A stretch of DNA of 63,057 nt, filler included, from Octopus bimaculoides (GCF_001194135.2; 5 parts of 5 records of this genome joined end to end with filler, not necessarily neighbours in it), one strand, 5' to 3'; positions 48,375 through 63,018 are shown, counted from the first letter of the whole stretch. Translations and numbers: made by a program. The notes: generated by a model not told the origin, from the letters alone.

Positions 48375-51300
48375 TATCTCTCTCTGTCTGTATGTCTATT
48401 TATCCATCTATCTATCTATGTGAGGGTGTGTATGCCTGTGTATGTATATGTACGCGATGATATTTAGTTGGCGTCATTTTGATTAGATAACTGCATCATG
48501 GAACCCTATTTTCGTTTCACAGAGTTTTATTAGCCAAATAAAAAATGCGTTCTCTCGTGTAGCGAAAATCTATGATCGAGGTGTTGAACTCTGTTGAAAT
48601 GAATGATGTGATATATGTTTATATCGAGATAATATTTAGTATACTATCTTATATTTTTCCAACGTAAATTTACAACGTAAAGTCAGATTAAAAATTATTG
48701 ATCTTTTGAAGTCTAAAAATAATTTTACATCATAATGAGGGAATTTGTATTACATGAGTAAATACAAGGATTATATAAGTTGATAAAACTAAACTCATAA
48801 ATATAAGAATGAAGAAATAAAATTCAACATTTTCTCTAATCCCCCTACTCCCAAAGGTATCGTTAACAAATGGAAAATGAAAATAAGCAACAAAACAAGA
48901 AACAGTAGAACAATGGGTTTTATTATCATAATGATTCAGATTACAATGAAGAGAGCTTTCATTCTTCTGGTAATTCAGATAATGATTCATCGTTTGGCAA
49001 ATGGACAAAAGATATTCCACCGACATAGAAAATATAGTGAACAATATACTATTTTTAAAATCTGGCATTAACAAGTAATTTTTACCTCGCTGGGCAACGT
49101 ATTCTTTCAAATCCTAACACTGATTATGGACACCTCCTGAACCGCAACTTGTGCGAAATTATAGCAGAACTAATCTCATAAAATGCTATTTTAATGGGGG
49201 TAAGGGAAGATTTTGTTGCTTAATTAATTAATTAATTCCTATGATTTGTCTTTGCGCAGCCACTTTTATATACTAATGGATGCAATATTCTGAGAGAGAT
49301 TTTATCATCTAATGCTATCATTGTTCTTGAAGTTAATGACCTGTTCTCTTCCAAAACCCTCCCCACTCCTTCACTATACTTTTGTTCTATACATTTGATT
49401 GCTTTTGGATCTCCTTTCATCTGCTGCGATTAACTAGTGAAGGAAATAAGAAAAACATCCTAGAAAAACAAAGCAGAAAGACAAGAGAGTTAATGCAAAA
49501 ATTAATAGTTATGCAGCTAGCCCTTGTTACAAATCAGTATTGTTCTTTGAGATTATTGCGATTACAATGCAGAATTCTTTCTAATCTGTTGGCAGAAATA
49601 ACTCTTGTTCCATTGCCCAGAATAGCATATGTTAAGTAGGCGTATGGATGTATGCGTGAATCAGTGTATACGGTAGCTTTTGTGAGCAATCGCCTTTATA
49701 TATGAATGTGGTGTGGACATATATAGAAGGGCGACCAGTATACATGTACGTTTGTGATACTAGAAATGTACGCGTGCGCTAGTACAGACGTGCATGTGTG
49801 CCCGCTTGTAAATTTGTGAGGCGTCTGTGTGTATATATGCTCTCATTTATGCTTGTACATGTACATGCAGAATATATTTCAGAGAACATATGCATGTATG
49901 TAAAGGTGTGTGTATATGTGTAAATATGAAACATAATCGAGCCATGGAGTGAATAGTATTGCAAATTTAGCAATGCATAGGAATGAATTTGAGATCATGA
50001 TTAACTAAAAGATTATCGTTTTTGCTATAGCTTTTTGAAAATTATATTGATTTGCAACATTGGAACAAGGCCCAGCTTATGAGGGAGGCCATAATGATTA
50101 ACAGATAACAACACTTGAAAAGTACTTAATTTCATTGAATCATGAAGGATAGCAGTCTGAGTCAACAACAACGTGTGTTAAAAATATGAAGGGATGAAGG
50201 TAAATGTTGAAAGAATATAGGTGGGTCTAATATATGTTCTACTCCGTAGCATATGTATTGTTTTCTAATATGAATATGTAGTTTGTGACTGGTACTTTAT
50301 TTTAGCAATTATGTAGATGTAAATGATAAAATTCACGTCAGTGACATCTGAACTCAGTGTTCAAAAGATCGTAAGTATCCTCTTCAAGACATCTTACTCG
50401 ACGTTATATAGGTTAAGAAAACGTAGCTCCTTCTGATAAAGTGAATATTCTTTTATCTTTTAATTCTTTCAGTCAAGGGAGTAGTAAGTGCCAGTGGTAT
50501 TCTTCTAGTCTATAGGGGTTAGGGAGTAAATACTCGTGTTCTTTCTGGCTAAGGTCAGTGGCTGTAGAGTTATTATCGCCTGTCATCGAGGGCCTGCAAA
50601 GATTGTAGACAAAGCCATTTTCTTCTGATTTCAGCAAGTAAAAATGTACACTAGCTACTGTGTCTATGAGGGATAGGCGTGAAGAGAAGGTGTACATTTA
50701 GAATGAAAATGAATATGAAGCCTATTACACAATGTATATATATATATATATATATGTGTGTGTATGTATGTATGTATGTATGTATGTATGTATGTGTGTG
50801 TGTATATATCGTCATATTAATAGATTCACTATTGAGGAATTGAGTACAAACTCACGTGTTACGTTTTATTTATAATTTTTGCCAAAGTATATAGTGTGTT
50901 TGTGTGTATGTTAGTAAAATATCTTTCGCTGATGTAAATGCATTAATCTAAAATTGGCTGCCAGAAACAGATTTTAATCAAGGGTAGAGCTGGGGATTTT
51001 AGTTATCAATTTATTGTTATGATACAGATCTTAAAATACTGAAAGACAAAGATGATGGTTTGGAATTTAAGTCTGATACGTTAATGAAAATATCTAGATA
51101 CCGCAAGGTATCTGACGCACTATTTATCTGACGTCTCTTTCCGTCTACCAACGTTATGTGAATACGTCCCCCTGTTATAAATATATACATCAGAGGAATC
51201 CATGCATGGAGCGTATCAGTGCCTGAATTTCATGTATGTCATTGTATGGGTATGTACACTGTTTAGTTTTCTTTTCTTTTCTTTATTTTTTTATGTGTAT

Positions 51301-52613
51301 GTGATGTTAACTTGAATCTTTCCGTATGATGATTTCGCTGAATTTATCAACTTGCGCTCTTCTGTGTCAAAATCAGCAAATAAATTAATATTTTCCTTAC
51401 GTACTTATGGATTTTGTTATTCCGGTTTGATAGAGGAATTAAGAAGGAAGCTATTATTGTATATGAATGAAGTTACTGCAATATTTTACTTTCTAGGAGA
51501 TGCAGGAATGGGAATATATATATAAGTATCCAAGTATTTCGTGCCAAATGTCAATTTGATCACTTAATCATATTTGCTATTTACCATAATCCTAATTTTA
51601 GAATAATTATTTGCTTTAGCAGGATTGCAAAATCTATTTTGCCTTTGATGCAAACAATATTTGTATCATTTGTTGTATTTGTTGCTTTGTTTTAGTCTTG
51701 TTTGCCAACAAATCAGACAAAACATTTCAATATCAAAATAGCAGTTTTTTTTTTTTTACAATGAAAATATTTGCAATTTGATTTGGAAGGAAGGCATTCA
51801 TACGTATTAACGATTCATTTGCAATCTCTGGATAATGTTCGTGATAGTAATGTTAGTGCGAAGTTTAAAGTATGCTATTATTTGTTTTAAATTTTCTTCC
51901 ACTAATATTGATATAAAATTGTTTTCTATATGCCCTTTATATATTTTTTTATATTTACATCAGTTTTTAGTCTCACCCGAAATAAAATGATTATCGATAC
52001 GATAAAAAGAGCAAGACAATTTCATTAAATCAGTAATAATTTAAGCTTTCATTGCACCAATTTTAAAATATATATATATATATATATTTCATAACAGTGT
52101 CTGTATAAGATAAAATATACTGGCATAAATGTCATACTGTCTTTTTTCTGCTTCACCTGAGCTATATAGAACCAGTAAATCGATAAAATATATCTGAACT
52201 ATGAAATAATTGGTTCTCGCTTTCCTTGGCTCCAAATTTAGCATAGACTCGAAGTATGATCTTAGAATACTGTAAATGATATCCAGTGATTTCTCTCGTA
52301 ATACTAAAGCATTGGATATTATCTCTTTCGAAGCGAGATGTTAGAGAGATATAACAGGGAACCAAAGTGGCATATTTATAATCTATTGAATAACAGATTT
52401 TCATATGTACTCAAAATATCTGCCATTTCATGTAAGTAGAGACACTGTGACATTCATGCTCTTTCTGAAATACTTTATTGTATATTGGTAAAGTAACTTT
52501 ATCCTGGAAATTTAAGTAGATTACAAATTAGGTTTAACAACCTGCGTGTTGTATCAACACTACGCACATGCTATTTTTCTATAAAAATGTGTCTTTAGTT
52601 TGACGGTATTATT

Positions 52614-52825
52614 AAGGCGGAGAGCGGGAAGAATCGTTAGCACATAAACGCTTAGCAGCTATTCGCCCGTTTTAAATTTCTAAATTCAAATTCATCCAAT
52701 GTTGACTTTACCTTACACCATTTCCGAATCGATGAAATGAGAACCAGTTTATTATTGGGGTTGATGTAACCGATATACTCCTTCCCTCAAAGTTTTACGC
52801 CTACAGTAGAATAGATTATCATTTC
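52614..52825 (+). mobile_element. Old SINE B
   Basis: ATTAAGGCGGAGAGC..GAATCGTTAGCAC head; GGGGTTGATGTAACCGAT. Confidence 0.75.
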
Positions 52826-53380
52826 ATAAAACAGAGATTTGTTCTGCGTAAGCAAGGGTAAAGTTTCAAATAAGTTGAGCGTTTTCAAAAGTGTATTACT
52901 CTCAATAAGAAATTTAAAAAGAAATATTAAATAGGGTAGTGAGTTAAGATATGATCAACCAAACGAGCTGTGCACTCAGGTGCATCATATGACCGATAGA
53001 AATGTTTGTAAGTGTTGTACGAGAGAAGGCTAAGAAGCAGCCAATTAAAGACAAGCTAATCATGGAAGGTATTTTTACAATCTTTTCTTATTTACGAACG
53101 CACGGACACACGTGCGAGCTCACAGACATACACAGGCACACATGCAAGAACACATTCATAGCCACACACACATGGGCACACATATGTACATATGTATATA
53201 AATATGTGACTGTAGGGATAAGGAATATAGAGAGATTAACATATAAAGTACATCAAATACATGAAATACAAAAATGTATATAAGTATGCATATAAAAAGT
53301 TTCGACTTGCACAGAAAACAGATGATATTTAGAATTCAAGTGTATTAATTGAGAATAAAATGGGAATTAAACAGTATTGC

Positions 53381-53768
53381 AATCCCAACAGCTGTTTCTG
53401 GGGGCACGGTGGTCCACAATACTGTTTTTAGATTGATTCCATCATAGGAAGAGACGAGCCTCAGTCTTCATAGAAGAGATCTTACGTTTGGGATGTTAAA
53501 GGAAAGAAGTTCAACGATGGAATGGTTGAATCTGGAGAGCTAAGTGTATTAAATGGGGGAAACGGGGATGTATGGGATCTATTAAGTTGAGGAATAGTGA
53601 GAGGAGTAACTATAGCTCAAGAATGAGAGATAAATAAAGAGGCTATTAGGGAGTAGTAGTAAAGGCGGAAAATAGGAAATATAACAAATCCAGCAGCTGT
53701 TTCTGGGGACTCGGTGGTCCACGATAACGTTTATAGATTAATTCGGTCATAGGATAGGGACGTGCCTC
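53381..53768. repeat. Two diverged about 82-bp direct repeats, 306-bp period
   Basis: CAGCTGTTTCTGGGG..CGGTGGTCCAC...TAGATT.ATTC..TCATAGGA...GCCTC at 53381-53462 and 53687-53768. Confidence 0.8.
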
Positions 53769-53897
53769 CAACATATAGTCATCGGTCTACATTGCTTATT
53801 GCTACATTTACTTCTATACCCTCTCAGGTTCAAATCTCTTGAGCACCACTAAGTGTATTCTATATGGAAAATATTTGAATCACATCTTTGAATAGAC

Positions 53898-53950
<53 letters not shown>

Positions 53951-53970
53951 ATGCTCACACACACGCTCAC

Positions 53971-54034
<64 letters not shown>

Positions 54035-54640
54035 GAAATATTTAGAAGTATTACTTTGCACGATACTTTATGACAGATATTTACTTTAAATCAGCTGGAC
54101 AAATTCCAAGGGAAAAAAAAGAGAAAAAAACACAACCACAGTGAGAAAACAAGGCAAAACATAAACACTTACACTAAGAATTTCTATTTGCAATAAATTC
54201 TAAGAACATTTTGAAGTTTAGTAATTTTCCTCCAGATTCTTGTAATTACATATAATTGTAATTAAATAAACATCTACCAAATCCTAATTGTTTTGAGCGA
54301 TTCATTTTCGTACTTAACGGTGTTTGTGAAAAAAGCTAATTGCATTAAATAAATAACTTGTAAGCATATATGCGGGTTATTACAAATTGCACAGTATACG
54401 TATGTTTATAGACTTGTAGCCATTTATGTATATCGCTTCTGTTTTTAATAATTTAAATTCTTCCGCTGAAGAAGGAATTGGTTACTTATGTATGTATATA
54501 TGTATGTATGTATGCATGCGTGCGTGTGTATGTATGTATGTATGTATGTATGTATGCGTGCATGTATGTATGTATGTGTGTATATAAGAATGTGTGAGTG
54601 TATATATATATATATGTATATGTATATATATCCATGGTAC

Positions 54641-55221
54641 AGATTATTTGACAGCATAACGTGGCAGTCCTGGTTAGAACAAATGCTACTGCTATTTATC
54701 GCCAGCAAACAGCTGGCTATGCGACACACTATCTGTGTCCTTATAATTCCGAACAAAGGAGTTTGGCATCTCCACTCAGCACCAAACAATATCTGTGTAT
54801 CACGATTTCTGGGTTATTTCCATTCATTGGCACAGAATAACTGTTCCGCTAGAAGTGGTGCTGCTAACTTTCTTGTTCGAAATATAGTTTTCAAAGTGAC
54901 ACACACTCCCTGATCTAATAAAATAGAAAATTACTATTTGTAAATCTCTCAGCGAGAGACATTCAATGACAGTACTCTAGAGTAAAGATTATTTACCAAC
55001 ATAACGTGGCAGTCCTGGTTACGACGAATACTACTGTTATTTAGCTCCAGGAAACATCGTCTCCAGCTGGCTATACGACACACTATCTGTTTCCTGATAA
55101 GGGAATTTAGCATCCCAACTCAGCACAAAAGAATATCTGTGTACCAAAGGTTATTTCCCTTCATCAGCACAGAATAACAGATCGGCTAGAGGTGGCACTG
55201 CTAAATTTTTGTTCGAAATAG
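54641..55221. repeat. Two diverged about 240-bp direct repeats, 345-bp period
   Basis: AGATTATTT...CATAACGTGGCAGTCCTGGTTA...GACACACTATCTGT...GCACAGAATAAC...TTGTTCGAAATA at 54641-54887 and 54986-55221. Confidence 0.85.
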
Positions 55222-55848
55222 ATAGGTATTCCGCCATGATGAAGGGAGGTATCACCGAAATCGCGATACATATATGTAACTATATTCATATNNNNNNNNN
55301 NNNNNNNNNNNNNNNNNNNNNNNNNNNNNNNNNNNNNNNNNNNNNNNNNNNNNNNNNNNNNNNNNNNNNNNNNNNNNNNNNNNNNNNNNNNNNNNNNNNN
55401 NNNNNNNNNNNNNNNNNNNNNNNNNNNNNNNNNNNNNNNNNNNNNNNNNNNNNNNNNNNNNNNNNNNNNNNNNNNNNNNNNNNNNNNNNNNNNNNNNNNN
55501 NNNNNNNNNNNNNNNNNNNNNNNNNNNNNNNNNNNNNNNNNNNNNNNNNNNNNNNNNNNNNNNNNNNNNNNNNNNNNNNNNNNNNNNNNNNNNNNNNNNN
55601 NNNNNNNNNNNNNNNNNNNNNNNNNNNNNNNNNNNNNNNNNNNNNNNNNNNNNNNNNNNNNNNNNNNNNNNNNNNNNNNNNNNNNNNNNNNNNNNNNNNN
55701 NNNNNNNNNNNNNNNNNNNNNNNNNNNNNNNNNNNNNNNNNNNNNNNNNNNNNNNNNNNNNNNNNNNNNNNNNNNNNNNNNNNNNNNNNNNNNNNNNNNN
55801 NNNNNNNNNNNNNNNNNNNNNNNNNNNNNNNNNNNNNNGACCGAAACA

Positions 55849-56331
55849 CGTCCGCTGTCTGAATATAATGCAAATCTGGATTCATCTGATAAAATTACTC
55901 TAACCCAAAATGAACTGGATTTTTCTGACATCTCCTTAGCCCATTTCTTTTCCCTGATATTAATTGGTTGAAGGAGAGGTTTTCTTCTAGCTGCTCGTTC
56001 ATAACACCCAAGCTTATGCAGATATGTAACACACGTTCTTGGACTAACTTCTAGCTGTTTTGCAATGTCAGAAGCCTTCGAACGGGGTTTATTTTCCACA
56101 ATTCTCTTCAAACAGCGAAGCTTCCTTTCCAAGGGCCCAGGTCGGCCGGGACAAGAATCTGTTGATTCTTTTTTCTTGGCTTTTGAATTGCACTATAATT
56201 CTATTAACAGTAGGAAGAAGAATTTGAAGATTTTCGGCAATTTTTCGCTAGCTAACACCAACCTCAGATTGCCCAACAATACGAACTCTTTGAAAATCTG
56301 ACAGCCCTGCTGAATTTTTTGTGCGTGGCAT
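55849..56331 (-). pseudogene. Tc1-family transposase N-terminal half (two HTH domains and first catalytic D); remainder in gap
   Basis: MPRTKNSAGLSDFQRVRIVG..GVS*RKIAENL...GRPG...ASDIAKQLEVSPRT...AARRKPLL...WAKE...VILSDESRF; one TAG and a +1 frameshift in an A run near 56170. Confidence 0.9.
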
Positions 56332-56525
56332 GGTTACTCTTCGCAAATGGTTAATTTAATGGCACCTGGAATGAAACGGAATAACTATATTGTAAATTCT
56401 ACACCGCTGAAAACATAATAAGACGCTTAGATAAGAAATTTTGAAAATTAAAGGTGTGTATTTACTTCCTGCATGTCTGTGCATTTTCGCACATATATTT
56501 ATTTTTATATATATATACATATACA

Positions 56526-56644
<119 letters not shown>

Positions 56645-58629
56645 GAGAGAGTGCTTCTGTGACCGTCCAAAGAAAAGAAAAGTTAACTGCATCACATGTC
56701 TTGATTATTAACGTCATCTGAAATTACATTCCCTTCAAACACGAATGGGCGGCACTGCTTCATTTGTTCAATATGGAAAATATTTCACCAACACTGGTCA
56801 AACAATATCAGTGCTCAATTTACACGTCATACTAGGTTAGGTTGCCGAACTATAGAAAAATCGAATTCACACCAAATAACAAGTACTGCAACTTAACTTT
56901 CATACGTTAGTTGTTACTGTTGCTTTGAACATTATCCAGAAAACTATCATAGAAAAAACACCCCATAACACTGACACGGTGTCTTGAAATATTCCTCCGA
57001 GAAATACCAAACGAACGACCAACATTCTTAATCGTTTCGATAAGCAACATCTTCCTATTCCAGTGGGCTATGCTTTTAAGGATTGTGCCATAAAGGAAAC
57101 TAAAAACAAACTTATCCACTCGGTATTATTTAGATCGACATTAACTGCTCCAATAGCCGAAAACTATGTAAATCCAATATACTGGCATTCATGCTTGACG
57201 AACAACAGAACGATTTGTTTGTAGTCTGCGGTACATTTTCGACTCCGAAAGCACAAAAATACAAAGTTGTCCTTATAAGTATTTGAATTCACATCGTCGA
57301 GATATGAAACGTATCTCAGTCATTCTGTGTCATGCTATAATGCGCCCCCCCCCACCTCCAACTTTGCCTTATTCAATACGTGTACTAGAATATATCTGTT
57401 CGCTGATTCTTTTTTTCCGTGGCGAGTCACAGTCTTCCGCTATGTGCGTTAATCTAGACGACGGAAATGTGTTTCGCTTGTCGCATAGCATGAAAGACTG
57501 CGCTTAAGAGGAGCTTTTGTAACGATAAAATGAATTATCAGAATCAAAGGAATTCATACCACGCATGCGCACACACACATATATGCATACACAAGCATGC
57601 ATACAAAGCCACACTCACAGAGGCACACACGTACACGCACAAATACATACATAAATACGTATACACCTACTGAATATATGTGTGTTTGTGCTCGTGTATA
57701 GAGGGAGAGGCTGTTACAAAGAGAGAGAAATCGACTAAAAAGAGGAAAATGGTTACGTAGATAAATAGATAGATTGGTAGATAAAGGCATTTACGAATAT
57801 GGTTTTGTTTGTGTGCGTGTTTGTCTATGTGTGTAGAAAATGGGCGGGAAATACATAGAGAAATTAGAGAATAAAAGAGAAACAAATATAATAATACAGC
57901 TCGAAGAGGGAAACACTCTAATTACGTGATGATTTCAATAGCTAAGTTGTTACATTTGAAGTATTATGTTTTTATATGACCTGGACTCTTCAGGCAAAAC
58001 CATGTTGATATGCATGCTACGGATATTGAAGATCAAAGAGATTTTCATGTCAAATATGTGGACATTAATGGATCTATTTTAACTTCATACATATTATTGG
58101 TAATATTCTTTTTATAATTTGCTGGTTACATGTGTTCTTAGAATTCCCTTTGATAGATATGTACGAATACGTGACAACGTTTAGCCGTGCGTAAAATGTA
58201 TTTTGTTGTCGGCTTCTTTTTGTAGTCTTGCCTAAATCTTTGTTAGACACGTCACCACTATGTGCTTATATTACATAACACAATGATCCTAATCTGAATC
58301 CTGCTAATCTTCAAAATTTTACTTGTTCTATTGATATATTCTTCCATGTGAGCATGTTTTCCCCATTTAAAAAAAACAAACTTTTTTGCCTTTGTCATAT
58401 CGAAGACCAATATTTCCTACCTAAAAATTAAAAGCTGTGTTCGTGACTGTGGAAATCACATCGTATTTGATACTTTCCTATGATGTTGGTTATTGATAGA
58501 ATTTGAAACACATATAGCTACATATTTGTTTCTATAAATATATATACATATATGTGTGAGTGCTGTGTGTGTATAAATTTATATATATGTAAATGCATAT
58601 ATAGCTATATCTATCTATCTATCTATCTA

Positions 58630-58672
<43 letters not shown>

Positions 58673-59595
58673 NNNNNNNNNNNNNNNNNNNNNNNNNNTA
58701 TATATATATATATATTTATATATACGCACACACACACATATCTATTCACTAAATGTGGCATTTTCTTTTACAATTTCATACCGCTCAAACACACCGATAA
58801 TGTCACATGATATAGATCGAGCCGGTTCTTGGGCTTCTCGATCAGTTAGAAATACTAACAACATGTCCCACAATCACATACAGTCGTCTTAAAAATGGAA
58901 GAAAATGTTCAACGTATCTTGGGAATGTTTATGTGTCATTAGCTTGGTTACTAAGCCAAAATAATAGTCACATGACCTACGCACTTTTAACACGTGATCA
59001 CCGCACCTGACATACTGACAAGTTTTCTCTTTAAGAGTTCTTGAGAAATGATTTATATTCAAAGGAGCTGAAGCAAGCTTACAGTAATTAATCTACATTC
59101 ACACCAAATTAAATTGGGCTTACGACTGTTAAGGAGAATTTATAGCACTTCAAATAAACTCAGCAATTCAAAAGGTTTATGTATTTGTGATGATATCCAA
59201 GACAGTGCCAAACTCAGACATCAACAATGTTTCACATCACCCTCTACGTATATTCACATGTAGTGCAGTGAGAGGGTAGATGGAGTCGCGGACGGTGATA
59301 TATTTAACATAATGTAAATATTTATAGCAGCTAGAATGTTTATGATAATCTACTCGTTGCTGTTGCTATTAGCGTTGCCGTTAATGTTAACGTTGTTTAG
59401 TCACAGCACAAGCGTTCGCAACATGATTTTCTGTGAGAAAATTTCTCTGCGGTGAATTGCGGTGAATTGCGGCTACAATGTTCTTAGTCTTTCGGAATTG
59501 TTGCTACACTGTCAACCACAGTCCAAGATTCTTAGCACCATTGTGTTTGGATGTTGTGAGAAAGAATGGAACAATTTCCTGTATACACATCCTCA

Positions 59596-59597
<2 letters not shown>

Positions 59598-59664
<67 letters not shown>

Positions 59665-59665
59665 A

Positions 59666-59715
<50 letters not shown>

Positions 59716-59746
59716 CACTACTACTACTACTACTAATAATAATAAT
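59598..59746. repeat. Compound (ACT)n(GCT)n(ACT)n(AAT)n microsatellite
   Basis: Direct reading. Confidence 0.95.
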
Positions 59747-61823
59747 ATAGAAAGGATTGAGGTAACTCCTCCTGAAGATATAGAGTCAAAATTAAAAGAA
59801 GAGTGCCATTTGCTATCTCGTGAACAATATTTCGACATCTTGCGTGTCTTCCACTGGTTCAAAAAATAAATTTGTCAATCTACTTCATTTTGGTTAANNN
59901 NNNNNNNNNNNNNNNNNNNNNNNNNNNNNNNNNNNNNNNNNNNNNNNNNNNNNNNNNNNNNNNNNNNNNNNNNNNNNNNNNNNNNNNNNNNNNNNNNNNN
60001 NNNNNNNNNNNNNNNNNNNNNNNNNNATATATATGGACAACCAGTCTTCGTTCACATGCACGTATTTTAATCAAGGTAATAATTCTTAATTACTACTGCT
60101 GCAGACATCTACCAGTCTTTTGTTCTCCAAACTTTTGTTACAAGAATGTAAAGTAAAAAGATTTATGTGGAGCTCATAACAAGAATGGAATTAAATACAG
60201 TCCGGTAATTAGTGAAAAATACTTGACATAAGCAGACATTAAACTATGCATATGAACATTGTAATTGTTCATTTAACTTTAATTCAAATTCCCAATAAAT
60301 TATTTTAATAGTCATGCTTATTTACTGTCAATTAGTGTGTATTCATAGAAGAAGAAGAATATTTTTCTGTTTACTTTCTTAATATAGTCTTACTTATTTT
60401 CTTCCAGTTGCTGTCATTTCAACACTCGGAATTAGCTGTTGATTTATTTCAATGTAGACCAAGAAAAATATTTTCTCTAGAATAAAAAAAAGTAAAAGGA
60501 TGTATTCCATTTTCTGCACAATATAACTTTCATAATACTCAATCTTTCCCCGGAAATTAACGATAGTAACTACTGTTGAATGCTACATTGCTTGTTTTTA
60601 GCAAATCGAACTTGGACGGATTCCAATGAATGTAGAATTTTTTTTAGGTTTTGTTCATTTATTAATTCATTTATTTATTTATTTTTGCTTCTTTTGAATA
60701 TACACTTTTTATAATATATACTCTCACATACTCATTCTATTTCTTCGATTTCTCTGTTTCTACACACTCTTACCCCTATCACTTGCAATTTCTCTATTTG
60801 TCTATTGTGTTTTCTAATTCTCTTTGCCCGTATCTTTATAAACAAAAGCTTAATAAACAACACAATACAACCTGATTTGCACTTTACGAATGCCAGGAAG
60901 AGAAATGGTAGAAATCCAGAACTGGTTATCGAGGGAAACAACGTAAGCATTACCATAAAACAAACACATATAGTCGTCTTCCTTTTGTGTATCTATTCAT
61001 AAAGAAACGACTCTCACACACACATACACTAACACAAAATCTACACGGTACACAGTCATAGAATGATAGTAAATCTACCGTTGATATGAGCAGAGAACGG
61101 CAGTGTTCTCATGTATTTCTATTATTAATACACCTCACATAAATACTAATTAGTAACTTTCGCAGAATGTATCACAAACACATACATACACAAACACACC
61201 ACGCTCGCACACACACGCACACACACACACACACACACTACCCACACACAGACACACACAAATGCACGCGCACACACACACATAACTGACTCTGGTGTTA
61301 TAACATCTTCAGCGCAGACAAACTGCTTTGTAAATCTTTTTCCGGTTCAAATATCTCTCACACAATTTTCAGGTCTTAATTTTGTTTATTTCGTCTAATT
61401 GTTTCGCGCGCCTGCTCAAATATATACTCCATCCTGGCGGCCAATATTCACTATCAGGGAAAAAACAAAACAAAACAAAACAAAACAATAAAAATTCACT
61501 GATTTCAGAGAAAAGAAGCAATGCTTCTAGTCAGTTCATGGCTTCCTCACTTAGAGTTGAAGAGAGCTAACGGGTTCGAAATGGATCCATAATTTAACAG
61601 AGAATGCTTAGAGCTGAGGTGGTGGTTCTGACACTTTTTTGTTTTAGGCGAGAATATTTTATCAACGACACATTTTGACACAAACAAATTTGACAGGCAA
61701 AAATATTTCTTAAACATATTAGAACTGGTACTCAGCTTGCTTATCTACCACCATTTTCTCGTTTACTTATACGTATAGGCGGACAGAAGCACATACACAC
61801 ACAGAGACACATACAGATACTCA

Positions 61824-61856
<33 letters not shown>

Positions 61857-61885
61857 TATATACACCTATACACAGATATATGCAT

Positions 61886-61927
<42 letters not shown>

Positions 61928-61953
61928 NNNNNNNNNNTATATACTTATATACA

Positions 61954-62000
<47 letters not shown>

Positions 62001-62166
62001 TTTAAAAAAATAACGTTGACCACTAACGTGGACAATTAATGTGCTAGAAATAGATAACATCTTGTGTCTATTAAGACTTAAATTGCTCTCAGCATGAAAT
62101 ATAGCAGAATACCTGGCCTCCTGGTAATTAATCGATATTAATTAATATATGATTAATTACCATATT

Positions 62167-62248
<82 letters not shown>

Positions 62249-62947
62249 GAATGAGAGATAGAGAGAGAGAGGAAGAGAGAAAGAGCGGGAGAAGAAAGAA
62301 ATAGAATTTCATGTAATGCATTAGTACTTTGAACTGCTTCAGTTTTAACAACATAATACATATACATCTAGGTATACGTATATTCATATAAGCATACACA
62401 TTCAGACCCACACGCAATATTCACACGTACACACAGACAAGCAGACATTCACGCACATACGTATTTATATAAATAATTATATAAATAATTATTTTACGTA
62501 CATACTGATAACACAAAATGTGTTGATATGAATGCTCTGTATCCATTTATAGAAAGAAAACACTTCCATTTTGTGAACTCATTCTGATATGAATGTTTTT
62601 TTCTTTTTTTTAAATATTTTCTCGATTAATTTAAGAACATATGTGACCAAAATAAATTTTAATAATTCTGCATGTTCCAGCGGATCAGAATTTGATTTCT
62701 GAATGATTAATCGTACTGAATTCTTTCGGGATTGAGAGAAGATATTTCAATATTATTCGTCACGAAAAGATTAGCCTCTTAAATTGTGAAATGTTGGTGC
62801 ATCCCGGTGATTTGTGAGAGGAACTAATTGAACCATGCATGCATGCTTCTAGAATTACCATAATACGTTGCATGTTCTACTTCTCTGTACCTGATATATA
62901 TTACTTATATTTTTGTAAAATACACAAACATGTTATTTATAATTATT

Positions 62948-62981
<34 letters not shown>

Positions 62982-63018
62982 TGTTATTTATAATTATTTA
63001 TGCACACACACATATGTT

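Noticed and set aside
48900-49030. Acidic frame DSDYNEESFHSSGNSDNDSSFGKWTKDIPP resembling a piggyBac N-terminus
   Set aside because: Low-complexity similarity only, bounded by stops, with no catalytic remnant nearby.
50473-50697. 74-aa ORF with ordinary composition
   Set aside because: No recognisable motif or convincing splice pair.
51096-51113. AGATACC-GCAA-GGTATCT GNRA hairpin
   Set aside because: A 7-bp stem is expected by chance in 63 kb, and there is no supporting context.
54641-55221. TRIM/LTR interpretation of the direct repeats
   Set aside because: No TG..CA ends, primer-binding site or polypurine tract in the spacer.
55164-55291. C-terminal part of the 322-aa track ORF
   Set aside because: Across the gap the sequence is not transposase-like; the ORF is stitched through Ns.
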